In this document: piece after piece, positions 37,180 to 46,137 of the stretch | Layout of the letters: each line of letters starts with the position of its first letter | How positions within the stretch are numbered: position 1 is the stretch's first letter | Origin: a virus | Lineage: Duplodnaviria > Caudoviricetes | IMG/VR virus record: IMGVR_UViG_3300014205_002439 | Coordinates: 4,587 to 68,586 of that record | Length of the DNA stretch: 64,000 bases | Direction: 5' to 3' (one strand) | Position numbers and translations under genes: made by a program | Notes under the pieces: generated by a model | What the model was told of the DNA's origin: nothing | The model's input: the letters and a program-made list of their open reading frames with translations, nothing else | Database searches by the model: none

Positions 37180-37914
37180 ATGGCTTTGTGTCTTAAACTC
37201 CAGCATCCACAGGAGAACACTTTGAACATAAATCGATTCCAACCTGCTCTTGACTACGGCCTCGACACCGAAGAACTCAAGGCTTACAAAATCGCATTGC
37301 TGTGGGAGCAATTGACTCGTAAGCATTTTCCACAGAACAAAGGCTTGGAAAAGTTAGCAAAAGGCGATCCACGAAAGTGCAGTCTATTTCGTTTCTGTTG
37401 GAAATTGCTTCGTGTAACTCGTGGATTGCTTCGAGACGACGAATATCGACTCTATATTGAAGCCAATCTTCAGATCATCAAAGTTAAGGGTGGACACCTG
37501 AGTCCCAATGTGCTATGTGGAGACAAAGCATGGATTCGGTGGAAAGTCTGGAAACGTATGTACGACAAGAAGCTTGCTGAGTCTAAAGGTGAATCTGTCG
37601 TCACTATCGACGCTGATCCAAAAATTGTGCTGGCCCTCGACAAAACCAAGCGATTTCTGTTTGAAAAGTGTGAAGGTCAACCAACACTTGAGAAAATGCA
37701 GGAGTTTTTTGACCAACAGGTCGTCAAGTTGTGGATTCTTTCAGGGAAGCTATCTTACTTTTGGGTGGTGCAGTCGCCGATGCTTGCGGCTGTGGTTCCT
37801 TTGAAGCTCTTAGAGAAGGATTTGGTTTTCGATTCGAAAGTCTATGAGTCGAAGATCAATGATGCAGCGAAGACGTATTTCAAGCAGGAGTTCGCATATG
37901 AGTTTGGTACTTGA
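37180..37914 (+). CDS. Hypothetical protein
   Basis: 244 aa ORF. Confidence 0.7.
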   Translation: MALCLKLQHPQENTLNINRFQPALDYGLDTEELKAYKIALLWEQLTRKHFPQNKGLEKLAKGDPRKCSLFRFCWKLLRVTRGLLRDDEYRLYIEANLQIIKVKGGHLSPNVLCGDKAWIRWKVWKRMYDKKLAESKGESVVTIDADPKIVLALDKTKRFLFEKCEGQPTLEKMQEFFDQQVVKLWILSGKLSYFWVVQSPMLAAVVPLKLLEKDLVFDSKVYESKINDAAKTYFKQEFAYEFGT

Positions 37915-38254
37915 ATACAATCCTGTTGCAACTTGTTGGTTGACCTTTGTGCGTTCCTTGCCCGCTTCCAGAGGTGCGTTTTATCAGATTTGGGGCTTCA
38001 ACCAAGTGAATGAGTGGTATGATCAGTGGCCGATCCTTGTGTATTATTACGATCGAGAAGTCTTCATCAAGAACGGCCCAAATGCATTCAGAATGTGGGC
38101 CTCAGTATTTGTCGAGTCAATGGAAGGCGGGATCATCTGTGGGCGTTTCGGCACTCAAGACACTATCCTTCCTCGTGATTGGATTGCTGCACAAGAAGAC
38201 GTTCCAGAACTGATACCGTCAGTTCATGTTGATTGGCAGAAAGAAGGGTTCTGA
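37898..38254 (+). CDS. Hypothetical protein ending DWQKEGF
   Basis: Start reassigned to MSLVLEY. Confidence 0.6.
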   Translation: MSLVLEYNPVATCWLTFVRSLPASRGAFYQIWGFNQVNEWYDQWPILVYYYDREVFIKNGPNAFRMWASVFVESMEGGIICGRFGTQDTILPRDWIAAQEDVPELIPSVHVDWQKEGF

Positions 38255-38637
38255 TGATCGCTCTGCGACATTTTGGTTCAATTTCACAGTACATGATCGA
38301 GACTATTCGCCAACGACCCTCCGCTCCTATTGACGGAATGAAGATGTGCGAACTGTGCGTTACAAAAGGAATCACAGATGTCAATTACGTCGATCATACT
38401 GACGGTATCACCTATGTGCGACTTGATCAACAGTCGCTTGGTGCAAGAAGGCAATATTTCCATTCACTAACGCATGAAGAGTTTCGTTGGTGGTGGAATA
38501 ATCACCAACGATTAAATGGTGTCCAGATCGTTGAATCTATCCCATTGGAAGAGAATCAGGGCTGGGAATTCTATCGCAGCATCTCGTGGAAGTCTTCAGA
38601 TCAATCATTGGTTGATTGGGTTAGGGAAGGGTTCTGA
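38254..38637 (+). CDS. Hypothetical protein ending DWVREGF
   Basis: TGATG coupling. Confidence 0.6.
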   Translation: MIALRHFGSISQYMIETIRQRPSAPIDGMKMCELCVTKGITDVNYVDHTDGITYVRLDQQSLGARRQYFHSLTHEEFRWWWNNHQRLNGVQIVESIPLEENQGWEFYRSISWKSSDQSLVDWVREGF

Positions 38638-38638
38638 T

Positions 38639-39070
38639 ATGTGGATCTTCTTTGCTGTCTTCACGGCATTTCTGTGGGGTGTGTGTTACACGTCTGCCGA
38701 GCAAGTTGTAAAGGTCATCAACCGAAACACGTATATCACCATTTCAGCAATGGTGAACTTGCTTATCTACGGCGTACTTGCACGTCCTTACTTCTTTCCC
38801 GATCTGCAAAAACTCCAAGACACACCCAAGGAAATTTGGTGGGTGGTTGCAACAATTGCATCGGCATCCATTGCCAGTTACGCTTCGATGGCCGCAATTG
38901 AGCAATCCAACGCTTCGTTTGCCGCCTCGTTGGAAATCACCTATCCGTTCTGGTGTATGCTATTCGCTTGGATTCTGTTTGGGAAGACTATGACAGTGAC
39001 CAGTATGCTCGGCGTTGTCGTGATATTTGCCGGAGTCATCATTATGACTGTCGGAGCAAAGGCTCAGTAA
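38639..39070 (+). CDS. EamA/DMT-family small multi-pass membrane protein
   Basis: Five hydrophobic helices; AFLWGV, LEITYPFW, LFGKTMT. Confidence 0.75.
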   Translation: MWIFFAVFTAFLWGVCYTSAEQVVKVINRNTYITISAMVNLLIYGVLARPYFFPDLQKLQDTPKEIWWVVATIASASIASYASMAAIEQSNASFAASLEITYPFWCMLFAWILFGKTMTVTSMLGVVVIFAGVIIMTVGAKAQ

Positions 39071-39846
39071 TACTTGAAGTGAACAGCCATGCAATTCCCG
39101 ATCTCTTCTTTGGTTTGAGTCGGAAAGAAATAAACATCAAGATCAAGCGGTTTCTGAGTCCAAGACCTGTCGCCGCCCACGGCGGATTCGATATTGTAGT
39201 TCATCAAGCGGATCACGCCTTCATTCTCAAGAAACGAGACTTGAGTGACATTGTTCTCGATACGTTGTTGATCCGGTGCTTCGAGACCTTGTCCACGAAC
39301 TTCGAACAAGATTTGGAACACTTGTTCGTCTAGCTTTTTGATCCCTTTCCAAATGAAGACTGGCTTTGCGGTTCTCTTCATGACATCTGCAATGTGCCAA
39401 GTCAATCGTTCCGTGTCACGGAACTCCCTCATTGGACGATCCACTTCTCCTTCAGTTCCGATCTTGGAAATATGAGTGTAGATTTCGTTAGCGATCATGT
39501 CTTCATAGCCAGCCATCCCGTTGCGGCGGTTCAACTGAAACATCTTCTTTGTGACCCAACGATTCTGTCCCTCAAGGTCAGTTCCAAGACGTTTAATAAA
39601 GAAGGTCATTCCTGTATCTACTTCGAGTTTGACTGAGCCGGGACGATTACCCCACGAGATTTCGTTCATGAATCCTGAGTAGTCGGCTTCTTGGAGGCCG
39701 ACCTTTTTACCCAAGAGGTATTTCATCATGAGTTCAAGATCGAATCCACGAATTGGGTTGGTGTCGGACTCTGGAGTATGAGCGGGCGGCTTGTTTTCGA
39801 AACCGAAAATGTCCATTCCCTCGAAGAATTGCTTGAAAGTGATCAT
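39064..39846 (-). CDS. Protein with capsid-targeting-like N-terminus (MITFKQFFEG)
   Basis: TAAATA 4 nt upstream of ATG. Confidence 0.7.
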   Translation of the reverse strand: MITFKQFFEGMDIFGFENKPPAHTPESDTNPIRGFDLELMMKYLLGKKVGLQEADYSGFMNEISWGNRPGSVKLEVDTGMTFFIKRLGTDLEGQNRWVTKKMFQLNRRNGMAGYEDMIANEIYTHISKIGTEGEVDRPMREFRDTERLTWHIADVMKRTAKPVFIWKGIKKLDEQVFQILFEVRGQGLEAPDQQRIENNVTQVSFLENEGVIRLMNYNIESAVGGDRSWTQKPLDLDVYFFPTQTKEEIGNCMAVHFKYY

Positions 39847-39893
39847 TCTGTATTTACCAATCGAATCTGAATATTCCTAGTGTATATAGGAGC

Positions 39894-40478
39894 ATGAGAA
39901 CCTCGTTTAAGTTGTGGCTCGAAGACCAGCAAAAAGATACTGACGCTCATCGTCAGAATTTCTTCAATCAGGTTATGCAGTCATTGCAGGCAACATCAGA
40001 TGATTTGAGCAAGCCGCTTGCGGATTTGCCGTCTGTCAAAACGCCTAGCATCAAAAATGGAGAGTCTCAACCGCCGCAAAAAGGAACCGGAGCACTTGCA
40101 AAAGTACAAAGTTTGCTCGGCGGCTTGCTTCAAAGAATGTCCAATGACCGTGCTGACGTAGATACTTCAGTTCGAGCGAAGCGAGCAATGGATTTGCTCA
40201 CAAAGCGTGGTACAGATGGACAAATCACTCCTGTGCTCTATTTGCAGGATTTTTTGCGAGAGTTGTTTGGGAACGACTTCCAAAGTTCGTTCATGCAGTC
40301 TAATGTATCCAATGACGATACTCCGGCACCTCCTCCAATTGGGCCGCAACCAGAAGCTCAACCGCCACAACAGCCTCCAGCACCTCAACAACCGGCCCCG
40401 CAGCAGCCTCCAATGCCGCCGCAGGCACCTCCTCCGGGAATGCCCCCGAAGCCGCCGGGTGGGCTTCAATTCGTTTGA
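39894..40478 (+). CDS. Protein with capsid-targeting-like N-terminus (MRTSFKLWLE) and Pro/Gln-rich tail
   Basis: TATATA 5 nt upstream of ATG. Confidence 0.7.
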   Translation: MRTSFKLWLEDQQKDTDAHRQNFFNQVMQSLQATSDDLSKPLADLPSVKTPSIKNGESQPPQKGTGALAKVQSLLGGLLQRMSNDRADVDTSVRAKRAMDLLTKRGTDGQITPVLYLQDFLRELFGNDFQSSFMQSNVSNDDTPAPPPIGPQPEAQPPQQPPAPQQPAPQQPPMPPQAPPPGMPPKPPGGLQFV

Positions 40479-40564
40479 GTTTTCTGATAAATTGCCTTTC
40501 GACCAAAAATCGGTTTTACAAATTCTCTTCTCTTCGTAGCATTTGGTTCGAAGAAAGGCAAAAC

Positions 40565-40759
40565 ATGTACACGCTTCTATTGTTTTTCGGCATCATCCTG
40601 TGGCCTGAAATGGCGTTCTGTGTATTCCTGTTCACACAGGGGTACATTTTTCTTGCCATTGTGGCTGCATTGACCACATTTGGTTCAGGATCACGCTGGG
40701 TTAGCGGCAAGATCAACAATCAAAACACGTCGGACGAATCAAGGAACACCTTGACATGA
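40565..40759 (+). CDS. Small membrane protein
   Basis: Two hydrophobic segments; coupled to the next gene. Confidence 0.5.
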   Translation: MYTLLLFFGIILWPEMAFCVFLFTQGYIFLAIVAALTTFGSGSRWVSGKINNQNTSDESRNTLT

Positions 40760-41289
40760 AAACTGTCATCATCATGCGAGGGCTGCCGTGGACCGGTAAG
40801 TCCTACACCGCCAAACAATTGGCGGGGGATGACGGCTTGATCTTCTCCACGGACGAGTATTTCTACAAACTCGTGAATCCGTCGGAGCCGGATGTTTACA
40901 ACTTCAAGCCGAATTTCCTCGCTCATGCACACAAGTGGAACTTTGTTAGGTTCCAGTTGGCTGTGAACGAAGCTGCACCGCTTGTAATCGTGGACAACAC
41001 GAACACGACGGCACCAGAAGCGAAGAACTACGTCGAGTACGCCACCTTTCAGGATTACGAGATCAAAATCCAAGAGCCGACTTCGGACCGTTGGATGGAG
41101 ATTCGAGAACTTCTCAAAGACAAGCGAGCCAACAAGAAGGCTATCAAAGGCTGGGCGAAGAAGCTTGCTGAGGGAAGTTTGCAGACTCATCGTGTGCCTG
41201 AGTGGGCTATCGAGAAAATGATGTGGCGGTGGGAGAACGATCTCACTGTGGAGCAAATTTTGCAATCCAAGTCCTTTAACGAAGAGTGA
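40756..41289 (+). CDS. P-loop kinase (AAA_33 / N4BP2-like)
   Basis: IMRGLPWTGKSY, FSTDEYF, VIVDNTN. Confidence 0.8.
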   Translation: MKTVIIMRGLPWTGKSYTAKQLAGDDGLIFSTDEYFYKLVNPSEPDVYNFKPNFLAHAHKWNFVRFQLAVNEAAPLVIVDNTNTTAPEAKNYVEYATFQDYEIKIQEPTSDRWMEIRELLKDKRANKKAIKGWAKKLAEGSLQTHRVPEWAIEKMMWRWENDLTVEQILQSKSFNEE

Positions 41290-41298
41290 GGAGAGACT

Positions 41299-43134
41299 AT
41301 GAAACGATTCGTGTACGGTCTGTTGATGGTGCTGCTTGCCACCGTCAATCTGAATGCACAGGACAAGCCGTTTTCGGAACAGGTCGGGTCGGTGACGGCT
41401 GGACCTGTTCCCGCTACCGAACCCACTGTGGTTCCGTTTATTACGTGGGGTGGGGACGTTGCCACGTTCCTCGCAAACGGTGGGTTGGAAACCAAGCCGA
41501 ACACGGTTGCTGCGAAGCTGGGTCTCAATCTGAAACTCAAGGCTGGAGACAAGTTCACGGATCAGGTTAAGGACTACGTTTCCGGCAAGTCGCCGTATCT
41601 GCGTGGTACTTTCCAGATGATCGGGCAGGGGGCTGACGTGTTCGGGACGAACCCCGATCTCAAACCTGTTCTCATCCTCCAGATGACGTACTCGGTCGGC
41701 GACCACATGGTCGCTGCGGAAGGGATCGGTAAGCTCAACGATCTGAAGGGTAAGAAGATTGCTCTCCAGCGTGGCGGGCCTCACCTTGCTCTCGTGGACG
41801 ATTCGCTCAAGGCAGCGGGTCTGACGTGGAAGGATATCACTCCGGTTTGGTGTGACGATCTGACCGCTACGGACAACAGCCCGGCGGCAGTCTTTCGTGC
41901 TGGCAAGGCCGATGCAGCTTGCGTGATCTCTCCGGACATGCTCGGCCTGTGCGGTGGACTCGATCAGAAAGGTTCTGGTGCCGAAGGTAGTGTGAAGGGT
42001 AGCCATGTGGTCGTTTCGACGGCTCAAGCCAATCGGTCTATCGCTGACGTTTACGCCGTTCGTAGCGATTACTTCGCCAAGAACCGTGACAAGGTCGAAC
42101 GTTTTGTCGCCATGTACCTCAAGGGTACGAATGATCTTCTGGCTGCGAAGAAAGAGTACAACGACGGTAAGGGAAAGTCGGAAGTCTACATGAATGCTCT
42201 AAAGATGGCTCAGGCCATCTATGGTGAAGCAGTTCTGCCGACGCTCGAAGTCGATGCTCACGGTCTGGTTTCCGATGCAAGTTTTGTAGGACTGCCGGGT
42301 AACGTCTCGTTCTTCGAAGACGCCGGTAATCTCAACGGTTTTGCTGCAAAGCAGAAGAGTACGCTCGATCTTGTGACCAGCATCGGTATTGCCAAGAACC
42401 GGTTCGGTTTTGAACCGGCTCGCCTTGAATACCGCAAGATTGCCACGCTGGCAGGGATCGACTATGTCGCTGCTGCTGCCAGCACTGGTCGTATCAAGGC
42501 TGAAATCGAGTCGTTCTCGGAAGACCTTGCTGACGACGGCAACACCATCGTGAGCTTTGCTATCCCCTTTGAGCCGAATCAGGAAGGTTTCAATCCTGAC
42601 ACTTACGGTATGGAATTCAGCCGTGTTCTTCAGTCGCTCAGCACGTTTGGCAACTCAGTGATCGTGATTCGGGGTCATAGTGACCCCAGCATGACCATCA
42701 AGGCGTTCCTCAAGGCCGGTATGGAAAAGGGTATCTTGACCCGTTCTGGCCGTCTGGAACGTGAAGGTGGTACGGGTTACGAATACTTCCTGCGTGGTCA
42801 GAAGATTGATCTGGCTCAAACGCCGAATCTGATCAACGAAATCCAGAACGGCAATTTTGTCGGAGCTTCGGAAAATCCGAATGAAACGATGACCGCCGCT
42901 CTGAATCTGAGCCTTGTCCGTAGTCAGGTTGTCAAGAAGGCGATTGTTGAATACGCTAAGGTTTCGGGGATCAACCTCGATGCCAGTCAGATTCAGCCGC
43001 AGGGTGTCGGTATCCGTGAGCCGGTTTTCCCGAAGCCGAAGAGCCTCGATGAAGCTCGCAAGAACATGCGAGTGGAATTCCGTCTTGTCAAGGTTCCCGC
43101 AGAAGCCATCAAGCCGAGTGACTTCGATTACTAA
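41299..43134 (+). CDS. ABC substrate-binding protein (NMT1/TauA-like) fused to OmpA-like C-terminal domain
   Basis: Signal peptide; LKGKKIALQRGGPH, DAACVISPD, IADVYAVRSDY; IRGHSD, LSLVRS, KNMRVEF. Confidence 0.75.
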   Translation: MKRFVYGLLMVLLATVNLNAQDKPFSEQVGSVTAGPVPATEPTVVPFITWGGDVATFLANGGLETKPNTVAAKLGLNLKLKAGDKFTDQVKDYVSGKSPYLRGTFQMIGQGADVFGTNPDLKPVLILQMTYSVGDHMVAAEGIGKLNDLKGKKIALQRGGPHLALVDDSLKAAGLTWKDITPVWCDDLTATDNSPAAVFRAGKADAACVISPDMLGLCGGLDQKGSGAEGSVKGSHVVVSTAQANRSIADVYAVRSDYFAKNRDKVERFVAMYLKGTNDLLAAKKEYNDGKGKSEVYMNALKMAQAIYGEAVLPTLEVDAHGLVSDASFVGLPGNVSFFEDAGNLNGFAAKQKSTLDLVTSIGIAKNRFGFEPARLEYRKIATLAGIDYVAAAASTGRIKAEIESFSEDLADDGNTIVSFAIPFEPNQEGFNPDTYGMEFSRVLQSLSTFGNSVIVIRGHSDPSMTIKAFLKAGMEKGILTRSGRLEREGGTGYEYFLRGQKIDLAQTPNLINEIQNGNFVGASENPNETMTAALNLSLVRSQVVKKAIVEYAKVSGINLDASQIQPQGVGIREPVFPKPKSLDEARKNMRVEFRLVKVPAEAIKPSDFDY

Positions 43135-43168
43135 TCGAAACATTCTCAACCTCTAAGGAGCCTTGAAC

Positions 43169-44056
43169 ATGAAACCTTTCCTCGCATGTGTGTTGATGCT
43201 CTTTGCGTCGATCGCTTCGGCGGCTGACGTGAAGAACAACGTGGTGATTCTGTTGGACAATTCTGGCTCGATGAACGAGCAAATGAAGACTGTCCGCCAG
43301 AAGAAGATGGAAGTTGCGAAGCAAGCTCTCACGGAAGCTGTTGGTCAGATTCCCGATGGTACAAATATTGGATTGCTGACTTTCGCTGAGTGGGTTACGC
43401 CTCTGGCTGTTCTGGATCGCCCCAAATTGGTGCAGGGTATTGCTCAATGCAGTGCCAACCCCAATGTAGGGACGCCGCTTGGAACCTACATGAAGCATGG
43501 TGTTGACGCTCTTCTAAAAGAGCGTGAAGCCGCCAACGGTTACGGCACTTACAAGCTTCTTATCGTGACTGACGGTGAACCGACGGCAGAACCGGAAGGT
43601 TTGCTTGATCAACATCTCAAGGATATCTTGGGTCGTGGGATTGTGGTGGAGTGTATCGGCGTCGATATGGCTGCAAATCATAGCCTTTCAACGAAGGTCT
43701 ACTCTTACATGGCTGCGACCGACAAAGCATCGCTTCAGCGGTCTTTGAAGAAGACACTGGCAGAAGTGCCAGTGTCCCAAGACAAAGCTGCTGACAACTC
43801 GGTTTTCGAAGAGATTTCCGGATTGCCAACTGAGACTGTGTCTCAGGTGATCAGCGTTTTGAGTCATGGACAGAATCATCCCATTGGGGAACGGCCCCCG
43901 ACACCGCAGACAATGGACCCACCAACGGATCAAGGTCAAACTTCAGTTATTCCTCCTGCCACTCAGTCGGATGGAAACGGAGTGGCTGCTACACTGCTTT
44001 TGATCTTTGTTGGTGGAGTTATCGTGTTTGTGGGTCTGAAGATCCTGTTGGATTGA
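43169..44056 (+). CDS. vWA-domain membrane-anchored protein
   Basis: Signal peptide; MIDAS LLDNSGSM, GTPLG, IVTDGE; C-terminal TM helix. Confidence 0.88.
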   Translation: MKPFLACVLMLFASIASAADVKNNVVILLDNSGSMNEQMKTVRQKKMEVAKQALTEAVGQIPDGTNIGLLTFAEWVTPLAVLDRPKLVQGIAQCSANPNVGTPLGTYMKHGVDALLKEREAANGYGTYKLLIVTDGEPTAEPEGLLDQHLKDILGRGIVVECIGVDMAANHSLSTKVYSYMAATDKASLQRSLKKTLAEVPVSQDKAADNSVFEEISGLPTETVSQVISVLSHGQNHPIGERPPTPQTMDPPTDQGQTSVIPPATQSDGNGVAATLLLIFVGGVIVFVGLKILLD

Positions 44057-44069
44057 GGAGAATACAGCG

Positions 44070-45629
44070 ATGAGTAAGCAAAAGATTCTGTTGCTTTGTG
44101 GTATATGGATCGGCATCTTTGGCCTTGGCGTGATCGGCTATCGATACATCGTCAAGCCAAGGAGTGATAAGCAGGCTGCTGCGAAGCAGGAAGAAGAACA
44201 GAAACTTGTCTTGGAACAAACCAGTTCTCAGACCAAGTTCGATCATCACCTTACGCTTAATCTTGACTCGTTCAGCGGTTACGCTGTTGTGAGAAGTGAT
44301 GCGTTTCGTGAAGAACTTGCTCGTCGTAAGATTGGCCTTGAACTCGTTGACGACGGGGCCGATTACAATCGGAGACTGGCTGATCTTGAAAGTGGCAAAG
44401 CACAGATGGGTGTGTTTACCATCGATGCTTTGATCAAGGCTTCAGACAAGCTAGGTCGGTTGCCTGCCACGATCCTGTTTCTGATTGACGAATCACGAGG
44501 GGCAGACGCCATGATCGGAGTGTCTCGAACACTGCCGAACATCGATGCCCTGAATGATCCGAACACAAAGTTTGTAGTGGTTCCAGACTCGCCATCCGAG
44601 ACTCTTGCTCGGGTGGTCATGGCGAGTTTCAATCTGGATAGACTCAGTCCCAACCCTTGGGTGTATGCCAATTCGGCGAAGGATATCTATTCGCAGTATC
44701 AGGTTCACCAACCGAACGATAAGAACATTTTTGTTCTATGGGAGCCTTACATTTCCAAAATGTCACAGAACCCGGATTACAAGATCATCGCTGATTCAAG
44801 TAAGTTCCGTGGTTACATTGTGGACGTGATGGTTGTGCAGCGAAGTTTCCTGATCAAAAACCCCAAGGTGGTGCGTGAGGCCACACAGGCTTATTTCACA
44901 GCGGTATTTGAATCGAGCTTGAAGAGCAAGATGTCAGAACTGGTTTTGGAAGATTCCGTTCGTCTCGGGGAGCCTTTGAAACCTGATGAAGTCAAGGGGA
45001 TGGTGGGAACCAATGGTGATAAGCCACCGAAGATTTGGTTCAAAAACATGCGGGAGAATTACAGTCACTTTGGAATTCGTTCTGAAAGTGGCCTCCAGCA
45101 TATTGAAGACATCATCGCCAATATCACTAAGGTTCTGTTGAAGACCAAAGCGATTAAGGTTGATCCGACTGATTCGAAACCAAACCTTCTGTATTACAAG
45201 AACCTCTTGACGGAACTTGCGAATGAGGATTGGCATCCGGGGGCGAGCGAGGAAGGAATTACCGCAGAAGGACATGTACTGACTCTTTCAGAAGAGGATT
45301 GGACTCATCTGGAGACAGTTGGTAAACTGGAGGTTCCGAATCTAGTGTTCGCTCGTGGTACGAGTCGTCTTACAGAAACGAGTCGTGCTGCTTTGACGGA
45401 ACTAGCCGAGAAATTGAAGACCTTTCCACACTATTACGTTTCGGTTCGTGGTGATGCGGATCGTAATGGTGACTTGGAAGCGAATAAGAAACTTGCACTG
45501 ACTCGTGCGGAAGCTGCCAAAGAGTTTCTTACGCAAGCCGGTATCGCCTCGAACAGAATCCGTGTAATTGCGGGTGAACCTTCTGGTGAAACTGTGGTCT
45601 CATTTGTGGTTGGACAGCTTCCCTACTAG
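44070..45629 (+). CDS. ABC substrate-binding protein fused to OmpA-like domain, N-terminal membrane anchor
   Basis: LDSFSGY, IDESRGADAM, VLWEPY, IVDVMVV; VRGDAD, NKKLALTRAEA. Confidence 0.78.
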   Translation: MSKQKILLLCGIWIGIFGLGVIGYRYIVKPRSDKQAAAKQEEEQKLVLEQTSSQTKFDHHLTLNLDSFSGYAVVRSDAFREELARRKIGLELVDDGADYNRRLADLESGKAQMGVFTIDALIKASDKLGRLPATILFLIDESRGADAMIGVSRTLPNIDALNDPNTKFVVVPDSPSETLARVVMASFNLDRLSPNPWVYANSAKDIYSQYQVHQPNDKNIFVLWEPYISKMSQNPDYKIIADSSKFRGYIVDVMVVQRSFLIKNPKVVREATQAYFTAVFESSLKSKMSELVLEDSVRLGEPLKPDEVKGMVGTNGDKPPKIWFKNMRENYSHFGIRSESGLQHIEDIIANITKVLLKTKAIKVDPTDSKPNLLYYKNLLTELANEDWHPGASEEGITAEGHVLTLSEEDWTHLETVGKLEVPNLVFARGTSRLTETSRAALTELAEKLKTFPHYYVSVRGDADRNGDLEANKKLALTRAEAAKEFLTQAGIASNRIRVIAGEPSGETVVSFVVGQLPY

Positions 45630-45639
45630 GAGTAGATGA

Positions 45640-46137
45640 ATGTCTCAGTTTGGTATGATGCCTCCGTTTTTCCCGATGATGATGTACCCGGAGCATAGTT
45701 ATGCTCCTCGGCAACAAACTCCAGATATTATTGTTCCGGCTCGGGTCAACAAGGCGATGGACTTCCTACAGTTCCTCGCACAAAAGCGTCGAAAAGGGGC
45801 GGCGGTTGGAGAACATCAGATTGAAGTTCTGGAACCTGATGTTTTGACGGATGAAGAAACCGCTACGCAAGATTCTGCTCTTCAAATGCTGGCTCGCTAT
45901 TTCGATGGCAAACTCCAGCCTGATGAGTGGGAAAACGTGCGTTTCCAAGCACTGAAGAAACGTGCCAAGGAAGGTACGCTTGATGCCCCTTTGGGCGGGC
46001 AGATTATGCCTTGCCCTAACTGTGCTGGCCGCAATCCGAAATGTGCTTTGTGTTTTGGGCGTGGTGAATTGCTGATCCAGCCTGCTCCTGACATTGACGA
46101 TGAGGGATACGATGACGACGGAGACGAAGAAGATTAA
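45640..46137 (+). CDS. Hypothetical protein with CxxC-CxxCxGxG zinc finger
   Basis: CPNCAG...CALCFGRG. Confidence 0.6.
   Translation: MSQFGMMPPFFPMMMYPEHSYAPRQQTPDIIVPARVNKAMDFLQFLAQKRRKGAAVGEHQIEVLEPDVLTDEETATQDSALQMLARYFDGKLQPDEWENVRFQALKKRAKEGTLDAPLGGQIMPCPNCAGRNPKCALCFGRGELLIQPAPDIDDEGYDDDGDEED

Noticed and set aside
40720-42027. 435-aa minus-strand ORF opposite the kinase and SBP genes
   Set aside because: Antisense shadow of well-supported genes; the same applies to 48738-49583 and 203-679.
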